From positions 25,606,001 through 25,670,000 of the forward strand of contig OX597833.1 of assembly GCA_951406725.2 (NCBI GenBank): 64,000 nucleotides of DNA, given 5' to 3'. Each line of letters begins with the position of its first letter. Position 1 is the first letter of the stretch. A program made the translations under genes and the position numbers. The notes under the pieces were generated by a model. That model was given only the letters and a program-made list of their open reading frames with translations. It searched no databases and was not told where the DNA came from. Of the stretch, positions 41,599 to 54,209 are shown piece after piece. The stretch is from Octopus vulgaris. Taxonomy: Eukaryota.

Positions 41599-41633
<35 letters not shown>

Positions 41634-43283
41634 ATATATATATGTGTGTGTGTGTGTGCATATATATATGTATATATATGTGTGTGTGTGTGGGCATATA
41701 TATATACATATATATGTGTGTGTGTGCATATATATGTATATATATGTATGTATATACATATATATATATGTCACACACACACATATATATATATATCAAA
41801 TGGATGTGTTATAAAAGTATTCAGCACAGACAATAACAGCCATAGCAACAATCCAACATACCTCCATCATCAGCCGCCCCACGGATATCACTATGGTTTC
41901 GACACCTGTGCAGTACCATTCAATCCGGTGCTGTCAACAGCTCTAATATAAGTGTTGTTTGGGAACAAACATACCTTAGATATCACCACATTCAGTCAGT
42001 CTTAATTTTCAGAAGGATTAAACACTAACGTTATTAATTAAACTATAAAAAACAAACACATTTAGCCAAAGTACGAAAACAGTATCGGTAAATAAATTCA
42101 ATAAGTAAACCTAAAACTAACTCCTAGAATATCTAACTAAATAGCGACCTAGCCCTTGAAGTCCATACAGATAATATTCCCACCAGTCTTTCATAGTTAT
42201 TAATATAAAAGTGAGAGCTTTTCTCTGTCTCTCTCTCTCTCACTCTGTATTTATATAAAGACATGCAATAATGTCTACAAATAGATGATGATATGATATA
42301 TAGAGAAACTATATGCTTAGAACTTTTAACCTTCTTCCTATATCAGCCAAATTTTTCTCACTCATGACCACATGAACTAGAGAGCATAAGTCTGTTATAT
42401 GGTTTTAACCTGATCATTGTAACAGCCATATCGCAATCGATTTAGTGATTATCACATATGTAAATTGAGGAGAATGTAAAAATAACTTCCAGTTTCTGTC
42501 TCAGGTTGCTCAATGCAGACGTCAAATATCTCTCAGTTTAAAGTCCATCACGTGTATAAACGGAGAATCAATAAAACCGTACAATGAACTGTGGCATCAT
42601 GGTGTGCTTTTTGCAGAAGCCACATATATGGTGTTGAGGATCACATTTAGTCATTTTTATCTGTTCATTGATGCTCTCCTTCTTCACTATTCAGAGAGTA
42701 TGATGTAGATGCATACGTGTATATTTGCATATTATGGAAGATGAGTGCTAGACAGAGCTTCTCTCTGTAATATTATAAGTTGTGTCAATGAAAATGTCAC
42801 AACTCTCTAATGCAACTCCGCGATTTGAGCAATAAATTACAATTTCGCGTATCGATGCTCTATTTTACCAGGCGTGGTACTTTATTTGATTCTTGAAACC
42901 ACTATCTTAGAATTTAAAGATCGAAACATATTAACATACCGAAAGGTACAGGTTATAAGTACTAATACACTAAGAGAAGACTTTTTATAAATAATGAGAT
43001 AGATATATAATTTCATAAAAAGAATTGTCGCAACAGGGTGGGGGGAAATAATTAGAGTAATGAGAATGTAAGTATATATTTAACTGCGCATAACTCAATG
43101 CAGTTGCCTTAGCGATTATTATTTTATAGGTTCCTATATATTTCGTTGTAGTGTTTACACGTTTACAAAAGAATTAGGTTAAAAACTCATACAATGTATG
43201 ACAACACACATACACAAATGTATGTATATACATACATACAAACACGAAAATCACTCAAATGTATATTCCTAATCAAATCAAGG

Positions 43284-43494
43284 CTGGTTTCCTGGATTCT
43301 GTGGGGTATATATTCAAAGTATCACCTGGATGGAACGCGAATCTTAGGATTACTAAGTTGTGACAGCTGAGTGAACTGGAGCGAAGGAAAATGAAATATT
43401 TGGCGAAAGCACACACCGCATCACCCAGTGCAAGAATCGAAACCACGACTATTATCATGGGCGCAACATCCTAACCACTAAGCCACGCTCTTCC
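43284..43494 (-). mobile_element. Older copy of the SINE type at 45590
   Basis: Plus strand ends CCTAACCACTAAGCCACGCTCTTCCA (reverse complement of the tRNA-like head) and contains the CAGCTGAGTGAACTGGAGC core. Confidence 0.65.
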
Positions 43495-43693
43495 ACCAGA
43501 CATATAATGATACATGGAAATAAACAAATATACACACATTGAAGTTGAATACCTCTATATACATAACAACACACACACACACACACACACTGCTATACGT
43601 TAATACGTTCACACTAACATACATGTACGCACACACACACCCAAACACATATATGCAAATGCATATCAGTGCATGTTGACATATATATGTCAC

Positions 43694-43784
<91 letters not shown>

Positions 43785-43973
43785 GTATGTATATATATAT
43801 ATATTATTTATATGTATATATGACATACACAAATGTATATATGTGCATATATATATATATATATATATAGATAGATAGATAGATAGATACGTATTTATAT
43901 GTATGTATATTTGCATTCGTATTCATATATACCTATATATTTATGTATATGTATATATCTATGTATATGTGTA

Positions 43974-44019
<46 letters not shown>

Positions 44020-45589
44020 GTATACATATATATTTATATATATATTGATATGCACATCCGCAGGCATATTAACTGCTGAAAATATACTTCGCCCACAGCT
44101 GACTGTAATATATAATTATACTACCCTGGTAAGCGTGAAAACATGAAAAGAAAGTGATGAAGAAAAGGATGATCTCAGTTGGTGGATAAAGGCATATAAA
44201 AATCGGGACCAAATTTTTCAAACATTTTATATATTCTGTTCATAATTTATTGTTCAACATTGGTAGTCAATCATTTATTGTGCTCTCTGTAACATTCTGT
44301 TTCTTCTTAATCCTAACAAAAGATTTTGATTTTTTTACTTCAGCTCATGTTCTTGCTGCTGATAATTGCTATTGTTTTGCTTTTGCTTTATACACACACA
44401 AACACACACAGACACAGACACACACACACACACACAAACATACAAATACACACACAAACACACACAAATCACACATGCACACACACACGCTCGCACACAC
44501 ACACACGCATGCACACATAGGCACATACACATGTTTATATGTATGTATATATATATATATATATATATACACATGTATATATGTATATGTGTATATATAA
44601 CTTTTTGGGTTCAATTCATGACTATTTTCTTTTGTACTTTTCTTTCCCCTTTTGGAAATCTATTCAAATATGAATTTCTACATACATGCATACATGCAAA
44701 CATACGTACATACACATACACACGCACGTACACACACGCACACACATACATACATACATATATACATATGTATGCACAGATATATATATATATATGCATA
44801 TTTATGTGTGTGTGTGTGTGTATGTATGTCCCTTCACATGGACAAATACATATACATACGCACGAAAAAGTGTGGTCTTATTTATAAAGAATGAAAGGAA
44901 AAGGAATCTATTATAAATTATTAGCGAAACAAACCTACCATTTGTCTTTTGTTTTCATTTCACGTGTGTACGCACGCGCACAACTTATATATTCGTGAAA
45001 AAGGTGCACCGGAAGATAAGTCTCACGTTCATTTGTTATGCTACGTTCTTGGCTCAGAATTTGACTCGCTCGCATTCAAGTTGCACGTTGTCTTTATGAA
45101 TAATCTAAATAATAAGCTTGGTTAGAATTTTCGTGAATATGTTAAAAATATTAAACTATATGATGTCCAGAAATATATGGAATAAATGTCTTTAGTTTTA
45201 TGCATTGCAGCTCTTAACAAATGAAAACCACGTGAATGAACATTTTCAATATTTAGTTAGTCCATTTTATTATTTACTCACAGCCAACCATATATTTTAA
45301 AAATTCACGACATGAAACAAAATATATTATACACTCTGAATACTCAGGTATGCACGCACCAGCTTCTCTATATTTTTATATTATCAAACGCAAGGCGATG
45401 AGCTGGAAGCTCAGCGGCTTTCTTTTCGACTGACTTCAAATAGCCCCAAAGTCAACCTGCCTTTCTTCCTATCAAGGCTGATAATGCAAAGTACCAGTCA
45501 AATACTGGGCTCGATATAATCAACTAACATCCCTCTACACTTTAAATTCCAGGTCTTGTACTAAAATTTGAAACAGTAATATTAGATAC

Positions 45590-45837
45590 GTGGAGACGCA
45601 TGGCTCAGTGGTTAGGGTGTCAGCATCATGATCGTAAGATTGTGGTTTCTATTCCTGGACCGGGAGACGCGTTGTCTTCTTGAGCAAAACACTTCATTTC
45701 ACTTTGCTCCTGTCCACTCAGCTGGCAGAAATGAGTAACGCTGCGATGGACTGGCGTCCCATCCAGCTGGGGAACACGTACGCCATAGAAACCGGGAAAC
45801 CGGGCCCATGAGCCTGGCTAGGCTTTAAAAAAGGCAC
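45590..45837 (+). mobile_element. tRNA-derived SINE sharing head and core with family B but with a different 3' tail
   Basis: GCATGGCTCAGTGGTTAG head, TTCTTGAGCAAAACACTT core, then a CTGCGATGGACTGGCGTCCCATCCAG tail. Confidence 0.75.
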
Positions 45838-47007
45838 GTTTTTTTTTTAAATATTAAATACATTTTGTTGTGTATAACCCATGTTTGGAAGTTTATCACT
45901 GAAACTACTTACATAGCAATAATATACTGGCAATGAAATAGGTTGGTCTGCTCTAGTTCCATATGATGCATTAATAATCCTTTCTATTATAGACACCAGG
46001 ACTATATTTTGAGTAAGGCTAGCGATTGGTCGATTACATCAACTCTGGTTTTAAACAGGTGATTATATTATCGACTCCGAAATGATGAAAGGCAAAGTTG
46101 ATCTTGGTGTCATTTGAATTCAGAGCATGAAGCCGGAAAAAATGTCGTCAAGCAGTTTGTCCGGTTTATTGGCGATTCTGCTACTTCACCACCGCAATAC
46201 TACATTGTTTAACTGGTTTTCCGTTTTGTCAATAAACAATTCGAAGAGTTTGTTTCTCCACGGTAACCCCATTACGCATTCATTAATGAGTAAAGGAGCG
46301 TTTAAAATGTCCTAAAAATAAAATAAAAGAAGCTCTATTATATGGACTGATATTTACAATGTAGAGTGGGTTTTTTTTATCTTCAAAGGTAACTCATACG
46401 ATACTTTCATACATCGAATTCTAATGGAAAAATTACGATTTACGTAACTGCATTCAGATGCATACAGTTATCTTCGTACGCACGTATATGCGTGTATCAA
46501 ATCTGTGGGGGTTTTCCTAATACAAAATGATAGCAAAGAACATAAATCATTTTATTAAAATTTCCACCAACATTGACGTTCTTAGAAATATTTTTCTTTG
46601 TCCTAATAACTGTAAAGGGCATAACTTCAACCACAAATAACAAGATTAATTGAATATTTCTAAAGTAACATCTCAATGCTTTTGTAATAATTATGTTTTT
46701 TGACATGTTTTTTTTTTAATGTTAAAATCTATAATACTGTCACATTCTACACCTATACCTATATATGTATACACACACATACTCACTCACACATTTCGTT
46801 TAACTTGCCTTGGGTCTACAACAACTTGCAGAATCGGAAGGCAAGTTCGTCACAGGGTTACCCATTTACAGCTGAGCGGACGGGACCAACGTGAGCTGAA
46901 GTGCTTTACTCAAGAATACAACGCGACGTTCGGTCTGAGAGTCGAAGACGCGATGCAACCAAATAGAGAATCTACGATTCATTCACATTATTATTACTAC
47001 TATTCAT

Positions 47008-47220
47008 AAGGCGGTAAGCTGGCAGAATCGTTTGAACGCTGGATGAAATGTTTAGCAGTATTTCGCCCGTCGCTACATTCTGAGTTTAAATTCTGCTGAG
47101 GTCATCTTTACCTTTCATTCTTTTTAGGTCAATAAAATAAGTTCCAGTTGAACACTGATGTCGATATAATCGACCCATCCTCACCTTCCACAAGCTGCCC
47201 TTCTGGCAAATATTTGAAAT
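47008..47220 (+). mobile_element. SINE family A (further partial copies at ~5498-5620 (-), ~45392-45575 (+), ~45975-46194 (-))
   Basis: Colinear with the 33559 copy; TSD-like ACTACT(A/G)TTCA flanks. Confidence 0.75.
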
Positions 47221-47314
47221 AATTCTCACTACTGTTCACCAATAACTCTTCAACTTGTTTCATTTTTAAAGCTAGGGTCATGCTGGGGTACCACCATTTA
47301 CAATTCATTCACTT

Positions 47315-48100
47315 CACCTGATAAGTCCTCAGGCCACCAAAAGTAATATGGATATGAGCATGAGCATGATTTGTTAAACCAGCATGTGATCCAGCTGAAA
47401 AATCAAAATGTGGACAATGGTGGTTTGTGGGAAGACTATTGTTCTATTGGTTTATTTTCCTATTTTCCCGTCACGGCTCATGATGAAGTACCACTTGAGT
47501 TCCGAAATTTAAAGCTAGTAAAAGCACTCTCCTCCACTTCGCACGCTTTCTTGCAGGATTCTTAAAGTTTTCTTGCCTAATATGCCGGTGTTTTAAATTA
47601 TCTTTGAATTTATCCTCATACCTTAGAAGCGGCCGGCTATCATTACGTCATGAAGTCAGAAGCTGACCAGAAAAGATTTGTTTTAGTATTCGACCATTAT
47701 CCATACGAAGAACTTGCTTGTGAAAGCTTCTATACCGAGTATTCCTCATATTTTCATGAGAGTGCTATTCTTTACTCTATCATCCAACTCAACCTTGCAT
47801 ATTTTTTTAAGTTCATAGGGAAGTTGTCCAGTTGTGCTTCCTATATCATGTCCAGGTCACTGCACTATATAAAAGGATTATTAGAACGATTGACTCATGC
47901 ACGTCTATTTTTGGGTATTCCAAATCGATCATAAAGTTTCCCAAGAGTTGAACCAGCATTTTCAGTACAAGGTTGAACCTTCTTGTCGAATTTAGGATCA
48001 CTTGCTACTGTAGAATCCCCAAATATGTGAAAGCATCAACTGTTTTCAAACTTTGCCTGTAACAAGTTCAGTAGGCAAGATTTCTAGTATCTTATATTAT
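47315..48100 (-). mobile_element. RTE-clade LINE 3' fragment (degenerate)
   Basis: Minus-strand motifs VDAFTYLG, ILLYSAVTWT (LLYGxETWT-like), MDNGRILKQIFSGQL, RPLLRYEDKFKDNLK, and a C-terminal CPH...AGLTNHAHAH zinc-finger-like tail. Confidence 0.75.
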
Positions 48101-48146
48101 TATCAGTAAGTGGTAACAGTGTGTGTGTGTGTGTATGTGTGTCTGC

Positions 48147-48194
<48 letters not shown>

Positions 48195-48229
48195 ATGTAT
48201 ATGTATGTGTATAAAATATAATTAAGGTT

Positions 48230-48522
48230 CAGCCGTTTTAAGCGGCTCCATTTAATTTAATTAGTGGAGAGACAATCTTGTCCTAGAATTATCACCAATG
48301 ATTATCAATGGAAACCTTATATCAATTTGAAAACAACCGCTCTGCTTATATGTAGATGGCTATATAGATTTCCAACACAAAGGATAAACCATCTTTAGTC
48401 TTTATATCAAATTTATAACAGTACTAGAACCCCAAATAATTACATTGTTTCCTTATGTTATATTTGTTGCACAAATATAATGTTTTCATTGATCGATTAA
48501 ATGGAGCCGCTTGAAACGGCCG
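48230..48522. mobile_element. ~290-bp MITE with ~25-bp TIRs
   Basis: GCCGTTTTAAGCGGCTCCATTTAAT (48232-48256) vs ATTAAATGGAGCCGCTTGAAACGGC (48496-48520), 24/25 complementary; TA follows the right end. Confidence 0.75.
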
Positions 48523-48923
48523 TAATGTATTGATACCTGGAATCCTGCTACTTTTTTGCACATATGTATATATATGTGTATATATATGTGTGTGTGTATA
48601 TATCTATGTATGTATGTATGAATATATATTTATGAATTTATGTGTGTGCTTGTGTGTCTATATATACACATGGTGAGAGAGAAGGAAATAGATTTAACTA
48701 ATTCTCTGAAATTAAACGCTTGCTCTAAACTAACGTGAATGAGAAATGGTCAAATTTAATTCTTACTTGTTCTTGTTGTTAGACTGTTAGACAGAGACAA
48801 TGCAAGTGTATCTCTAAGAGAAGTCTAGGGCAATTATGTTTAAAACCATTCAAGTACACGCCTAGCGTTTTGCCAGCTACTTTCTTTTATCGACATATGA
48901 AGAATATTTTCTATTACAACCAC

Positions 48924-49163
48924 TCAAGTGAATAAGTTCTCTTTAACATCGACTTTTTCTTACTGAGCGTAGGATTCAGGTGAACTCAGTCGTACCCACG
49001 CAAATGTAACACACGATGTCTCACATAACACATGATGCCTCACAGTGAATGAACTGTCTCTTGAAATTTTCGAAAGATAATACAGTTTAGATAAATCTCG
49101 TTGTCTGCATCATTTGAAGGTGAAAGTATTAATGCATATATGTTATAGAAGTAAATATATGTA

Positions 49164-49218
<55 letters not shown>

Positions 49219-49461
49219 TTTATTTTAAGCAAGAAAATTCAAGTGAATAAGTTATCTTTAACATTCAACTTTTTCTTACTGAGCGTAGGATTCAGGTGAA
49301 CTCAGTCGTACCCAAGCAAATGTAACACACGATGTCTCACATAACACATGATGCCTCACAGTGAATGAACTGTCTCTTGAAATTTTCGAAAGATGATACA
49401 GTTTAGATAAATCTCGTTGTCTGCATCATTTGAAGGTGAAAGTATTAATGCATATATGTTA
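48924..49461 (+). repeat. ~222-bp direct duplication flanking a (TA)n tract
   Basis: 48924-49145 and 49239-49461 are nearly identical (TCAAGTGAATAAGTT...GCATATATGTTA). Confidence 0.9.
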
Positions 49462-49552
49462 ATTTTCTGAAGCTTAAATATAAAGTATGTACTCTACCAC
49501 TGGTATTTGAGTACTCTTTTTACCTTGTTTCACATTTATGTGTTTACTCCGG

Positions 49553-49616
<64 letters not shown>

Positions 49617-49650
49617 TGTATGTATGTATGTATGTATGTATGTATGTATT

Positions 49651-49681
<31 letters not shown>

Positions 49682-49702
49682 ATATATATATATGTATATA
49701 TG

Positions 49703-49759
<57 letters not shown>

Positions 49760-50700
49760 AACTTAGATAAAACTTAGATATGTTTCGACCAGAGATTGGT
49801 CCAGGCCATGTCTAACTTAATATGTATGTATCTATTTATATATATATATTAACATACATATTCATATGTATAGGTATGTATTATAGATATGTATATATAT
49901 GCCTATAGATATTGATATACACATATGTATGCAAGTATAAGTGCATACTATATGTGTGTGCGTGTACTTGTGTATGGGTGTGTGTGTGCATGTGTGTGAG
50001 CGTGAGTGTGAATGTATGTTTGTGTGTGTGTGTAGTTTTACAGTTGGAGAGAAATATTGGTCGAAAGATTTTCGACAGATAGGTAGGTAGGTACAAAAAC
50101 TCGACACCAAAAATGTCTAACAGAACAGACGCTTTTAAAAAATTTAAAGACAATATATAATGAAAAAATAGAAAAATAAAACTACACCTTAAAAGAATAC
50201 CTCCATCAAAGAGTTACTTAATTGCCCACAAAAAATTCTCTAGTAATCTACTTCAAGAAAGAATAATGCTTGCATGAAAGAAGCCAAAATATGGGAAAGC
50301 GAAATGTCAAGTCAATCAAATGTAATCACTGGCTAAATATCGAAAGTCTGGTAAAATAGTGATAAGATTATCGTTATTGGACTGATATCGTTTCTTTGTC
50401 TTTTTTCTTTCTTTTATTCTCTCTTTTCAGTGAAAAGAAATGATCGGTTTTGTATTCATATGGATTTATCAAAGAAATTGCATAACTTTTAAAATAAAGA
50501 GAAGTGAGAAATTCACTTCTGCCAGACAAATTACTCTAGTCTAGTAACAATACATTTGTGTAGACGAGTAAAAGTTTCTAGTTAAAGGCATAGAAAATTA
50601 TCGAAGCAATATCGCATATGTACGCACGACTGTCTGTCAGTTTGTCTGTCTGTATGTATATATGCATGCATACATGTGTGCATGTGTGCATGTATGTATG

Positions 50701-50743
<43 letters not shown>

Positions 50744-50772
50744 TAACATACATATTCATATGTATAGGCATG

Positions 50773-50817
<45 letters not shown>

Positions 50818-51099
50818 CCTATAGATATAGATATAAGTATCGTTTGTGTTGATTCATTTTTGTAAAGTTTTTTCCCCAAAGAAACAGAGAAAAACGTTTG
50901 TCTCCGGTCCAGGAGAAAGAATCCAGTTCGTTCGAATTTAAACACACACAGCTCGGTATTGTTCATGAAATTATCTACGTATGTTTGCATGTAAGTATAT
51001 ATGTATGTTTAAGCATACGTATGCATATTAGAACATGCAGGCGCGTATGTGTGCGTGAGTGCGTGTTCCAGACATTGCGTGTTGATGTAGACGTATACA

Positions 51100-51274
51100 T
51101 ACTCTTTACTCTCTTTTACATGTTTCAGTCATTTGATTGTGGCCATGCTGGAGCACCGCCTTTTTGTCGAGCAAATCGACCCCAGGACTTATTCTTTGTA
51201 AGCCTTGTAAACACACCAGCATCGGTTGTCAAGCGATGTTGGTGGGACAAACTCAGACACACAAACACACACAC

Positions 51275-51340
<66 letters not shown>

Positions 51341-51485
51341 ACGACGGGCTTCTTTCAGTTTCCATCTAGCAAATCCACTCACGACCCGAAACTATAGTAG
51401 AAAACACTTGCTCAAGTTTCCACGCAGTGGGACTGAACCCGGAACCACGAGGTTGGTGAACAAGCTACTTACCACAAAGCCAATC
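51100..51485 (-). mobile_element. SINE family C carrying an internal (CA)n(TA)n tract (partial copies at ~6045-6160 and ~14145-14290)
   Basis: Plus strand shows GTGGGACTGAACCCGGAACCAC..CTTACCACAAAGCCA (reverse complement of B/A boxes). CTTCTTTCAGTTTC..AATCCACTCAC is shared with the partial copies. Confidence 0.7.
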
Positions 51486-51912
51486 CTACGCTTAGAAATT
51501 TACGTTCATAATTTTTTTCTCATACACTAAGCTAAATTTTGGAACGTTTTAGATCTGTTACCACTTCAAGTAATGGTGTGTGATTGTAATTCTCTGCTCA
51601 TTGGTTTCCTTTCAGATCTGGTGACGCTCAATTTCTGAATCCATAATTAATAAAATTGATTTGGTATGACTACTGACGTGACAGTTTATCAGTACATTTT
51701 AGTATGCTATTGTCACTACACCCTCCTCCTCCCTCAACTAGCCCTGCAAAGATTTTAGCGTTCCAATAAACCTTCTCGACTGGTAAACGTTTTGCTTGAT
51801 CATGTCACCATGGCGTCTGAACTGAAGAGGGAGTGCTTGCGTGTGTATGTAAATGTGTGCGTTTATGTGGTGTGAAGAAGGATAGCTCTATATATGTGCA
51901 TGTATGTGTGTG

Positions 51913-51949
<37 letters not shown>

Positions 51950-52212
51950 TCGGGAGAATTCACAAAAAAAAACAAAAGACGAAGACAGATGGTGTAGAAA
52001 ACAAACATATGTATTAGTATAACGCTCGGGAATTGAAAAAGTCTTTAACGTTTCGAGTCTACACTCTTCCAGAGAAAAGAACATAGAAAGAAAAAAGGAG
52101 AGAAAAAATGTGTGTAGTGGCTAGCGATCTATCATGGTGAATGCCGGACAGAAGGGTCACACAGGAGGGCTAAGAAGTAGAAATATAGATGTTAGTAGGA
52201 ATATAGAAGTAG

Positions 52213-52249
<37 letters not shown>

Positions 52250-52250
<1 letters not shown>

Positions 52251-53534
52251 TAGGGGAAGTCAAAAGTTATCCACACTTTCGCTATAAGGTATCTTTATTA
52301 TTTTCACACTGCCTTCTGAGCATGCGTGCTTATAGTTGGTACTATGGTGGTCATATGATCGAAGTTTGAGCCTGATCGCGCCAGTTTTCTTTCTGATTTT
52401 GCGGCGTAAGCATGGATTACCTAGGTGCACCAAAGAAGAACAAAGAGCAGTAATCCGTTATCTCTGGTAGGAATGTGTGTCAGGTGCTGCAATTCCTCAG
52501 AAGCTTTTAGCACAATACGGAAACAGTGCACTTCCGCGTACAAGCGTGTATGAGTGGATCGAGAAGTTTAAAAGTGGCCGGAGAAGCGTGTCGCTTGAAG
52601 AGATAGCAGGATGCCTGTTAACCTCTACCACTGACGAGAAGATTCATTAAGCTCGAGAGGTAGTAATAGTGAACTGGCGTGCTATGATCGATGAGGTAGC
52701 TCGTATACTGCAGATTAGTCATGGTTCTGCCTATCAAATCATCCACGATTAACTCAGTGTCTATAAAGTATGTGCAAGATGGATGTCAAGAAAGCTTACT
52801 GCAGAGCATAATCGCTAACGTCTTGAGATCTGCCAGCATTTACTCGATCGCCAGAACAATGAGGGCGAGGAATTTTTGAGCAGTATAGTCACTGATGAAA
52901 CGTGGGTCCATCATTATGAGGTAGAATCCAAAAGACAGAGTATGGAGCGAAATCATTCTGGTTCGCCAGTGACGAAGAAATTCAAGACTCAGTTTTCCAC
53001 AGAAAGGTGGTGCTAGACGTTTTGGGGATTCATAAAGGTCTATACTTGAAGATTATCTGAAAAAGGGGTGTACAATCAACAGTGCAAAATACTGTACTTT
53101 CCTAACCAACAAACTGAAGCCAGCAATTCGCACCAAACGCCAAAGTTTATTGTCGAAGAAAGTTTTGTTGTTGCATGACAATGCACGCCCACACGCGGCC
53201 GGTCAGACCGTTGAAATCATTAACCAATTGGGTTTTGAGGTACAGGAACACCCTGTCTATAAGTCAGATCTCGCCCCTCCCGGCTATCATATTTTTAGGC
53301 TGCTCAAAGATGGTTTACGATATCGTCGATTTCCTACGGATGAAGATGTGAAGGAAGCGGTGCATAAATGGTTGCACAAACAACCGGAAACCTTCTTGGA
53401 GGGAGTACGCAAGCTTATGGACCGCTGGAAAAAGGCATCGAAAAGGAAGGAGGTTATGTAGAAAATTGACGTACATGTTTATCTCCTGTTTTTGTGTAAA
53501 TACAAGAGCCTGTGTAATTTTTAACGTTCTCACG
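52250..53534 (+). mobile_element. Full-length (~1.29 kb) degenerate mariner DNA transposon, irritans/Himar1-like
   Basis: TA then CTAGGGGAAGTCAAAAGTTATCCACAC at the left end; decayed complementary TIR ending ~53534. Inserted in a (TA)n tract and carries a transposase pseudogene. Confidence 0.9.
52412..53461 (+). pseudogene. Mariner DD34D transposase pseudogene
   Basis: Motifs EQRAVIRYL, VYEWIEKFKSGR, KVCARWMSRKL (WVPxxL-like), IVT-DETWVHHY, LLHDNARPH and HPVYKSDLAPPG (YSPDLAPSD-like; the third catalytic Asp, 34 residues after the second, is Gly). Several in-frame stops and frameshifts. Confidence 0.92.
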
Positions 53535-53536
53535 TT

Positions 53537-53615
<79 letters not shown>

Positions 53616-53623
<8 letters not shown>

Positions 53624-53918
53624 AAAGGGCTTAGTAAAATAAATTACTTTGCCGCATACTGAACTCATTAGAAATAGCAGCCAAAAAAAACTTTTTAAAA
53701 ATTATTTCCAATACTTAAAGAAAACCTCTCTCATATAGTGTTTGCTCAATTCAACTCACAAAAGTATACTTTTGTGAGTTGAATTGAGCAAACACTATAT
53801 GAGAGAGGTTTTCTTTAAGTATTGGAAATAATTTTTTAAAAAGTTTTTTTTGGCTGCTATTTCTAATGAGTTCAGTATGCGGCAAAGTAATTTATTTTAC
53901 TAAGCCCTTTTATATAAT
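53616..53918. repeat. Near-perfect spacerless palindrome (151/152-bp arms)
   Basis: Centre CAAAAGTA|TACTTTTG between 53766 and 53767. By manual reading the arms differ only by one base in an A/T run. Confidence 0.95.
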
Positions 53919-54127
53919 GTAATAATTTGAATTCGCCTTAAATGGTCCCTTTGTATACTGAATACTTGGTGAAATTGATTAATTAATTAATTTTACCCTC
54001 AATTGTTGAAATTATATATATATATATATATAAAAGAACGATATTATGTCTAAAAACAATATCGTTAGCGGCCGTGTACGTAAAGCCGTATATATTCCTA
54101 TTCTTCTTCTTCTTCTTCTTCTTCTTC

Positions 54128-54207
<80 letters not shown>

Positions 54208-54209
<2 letters not shown>

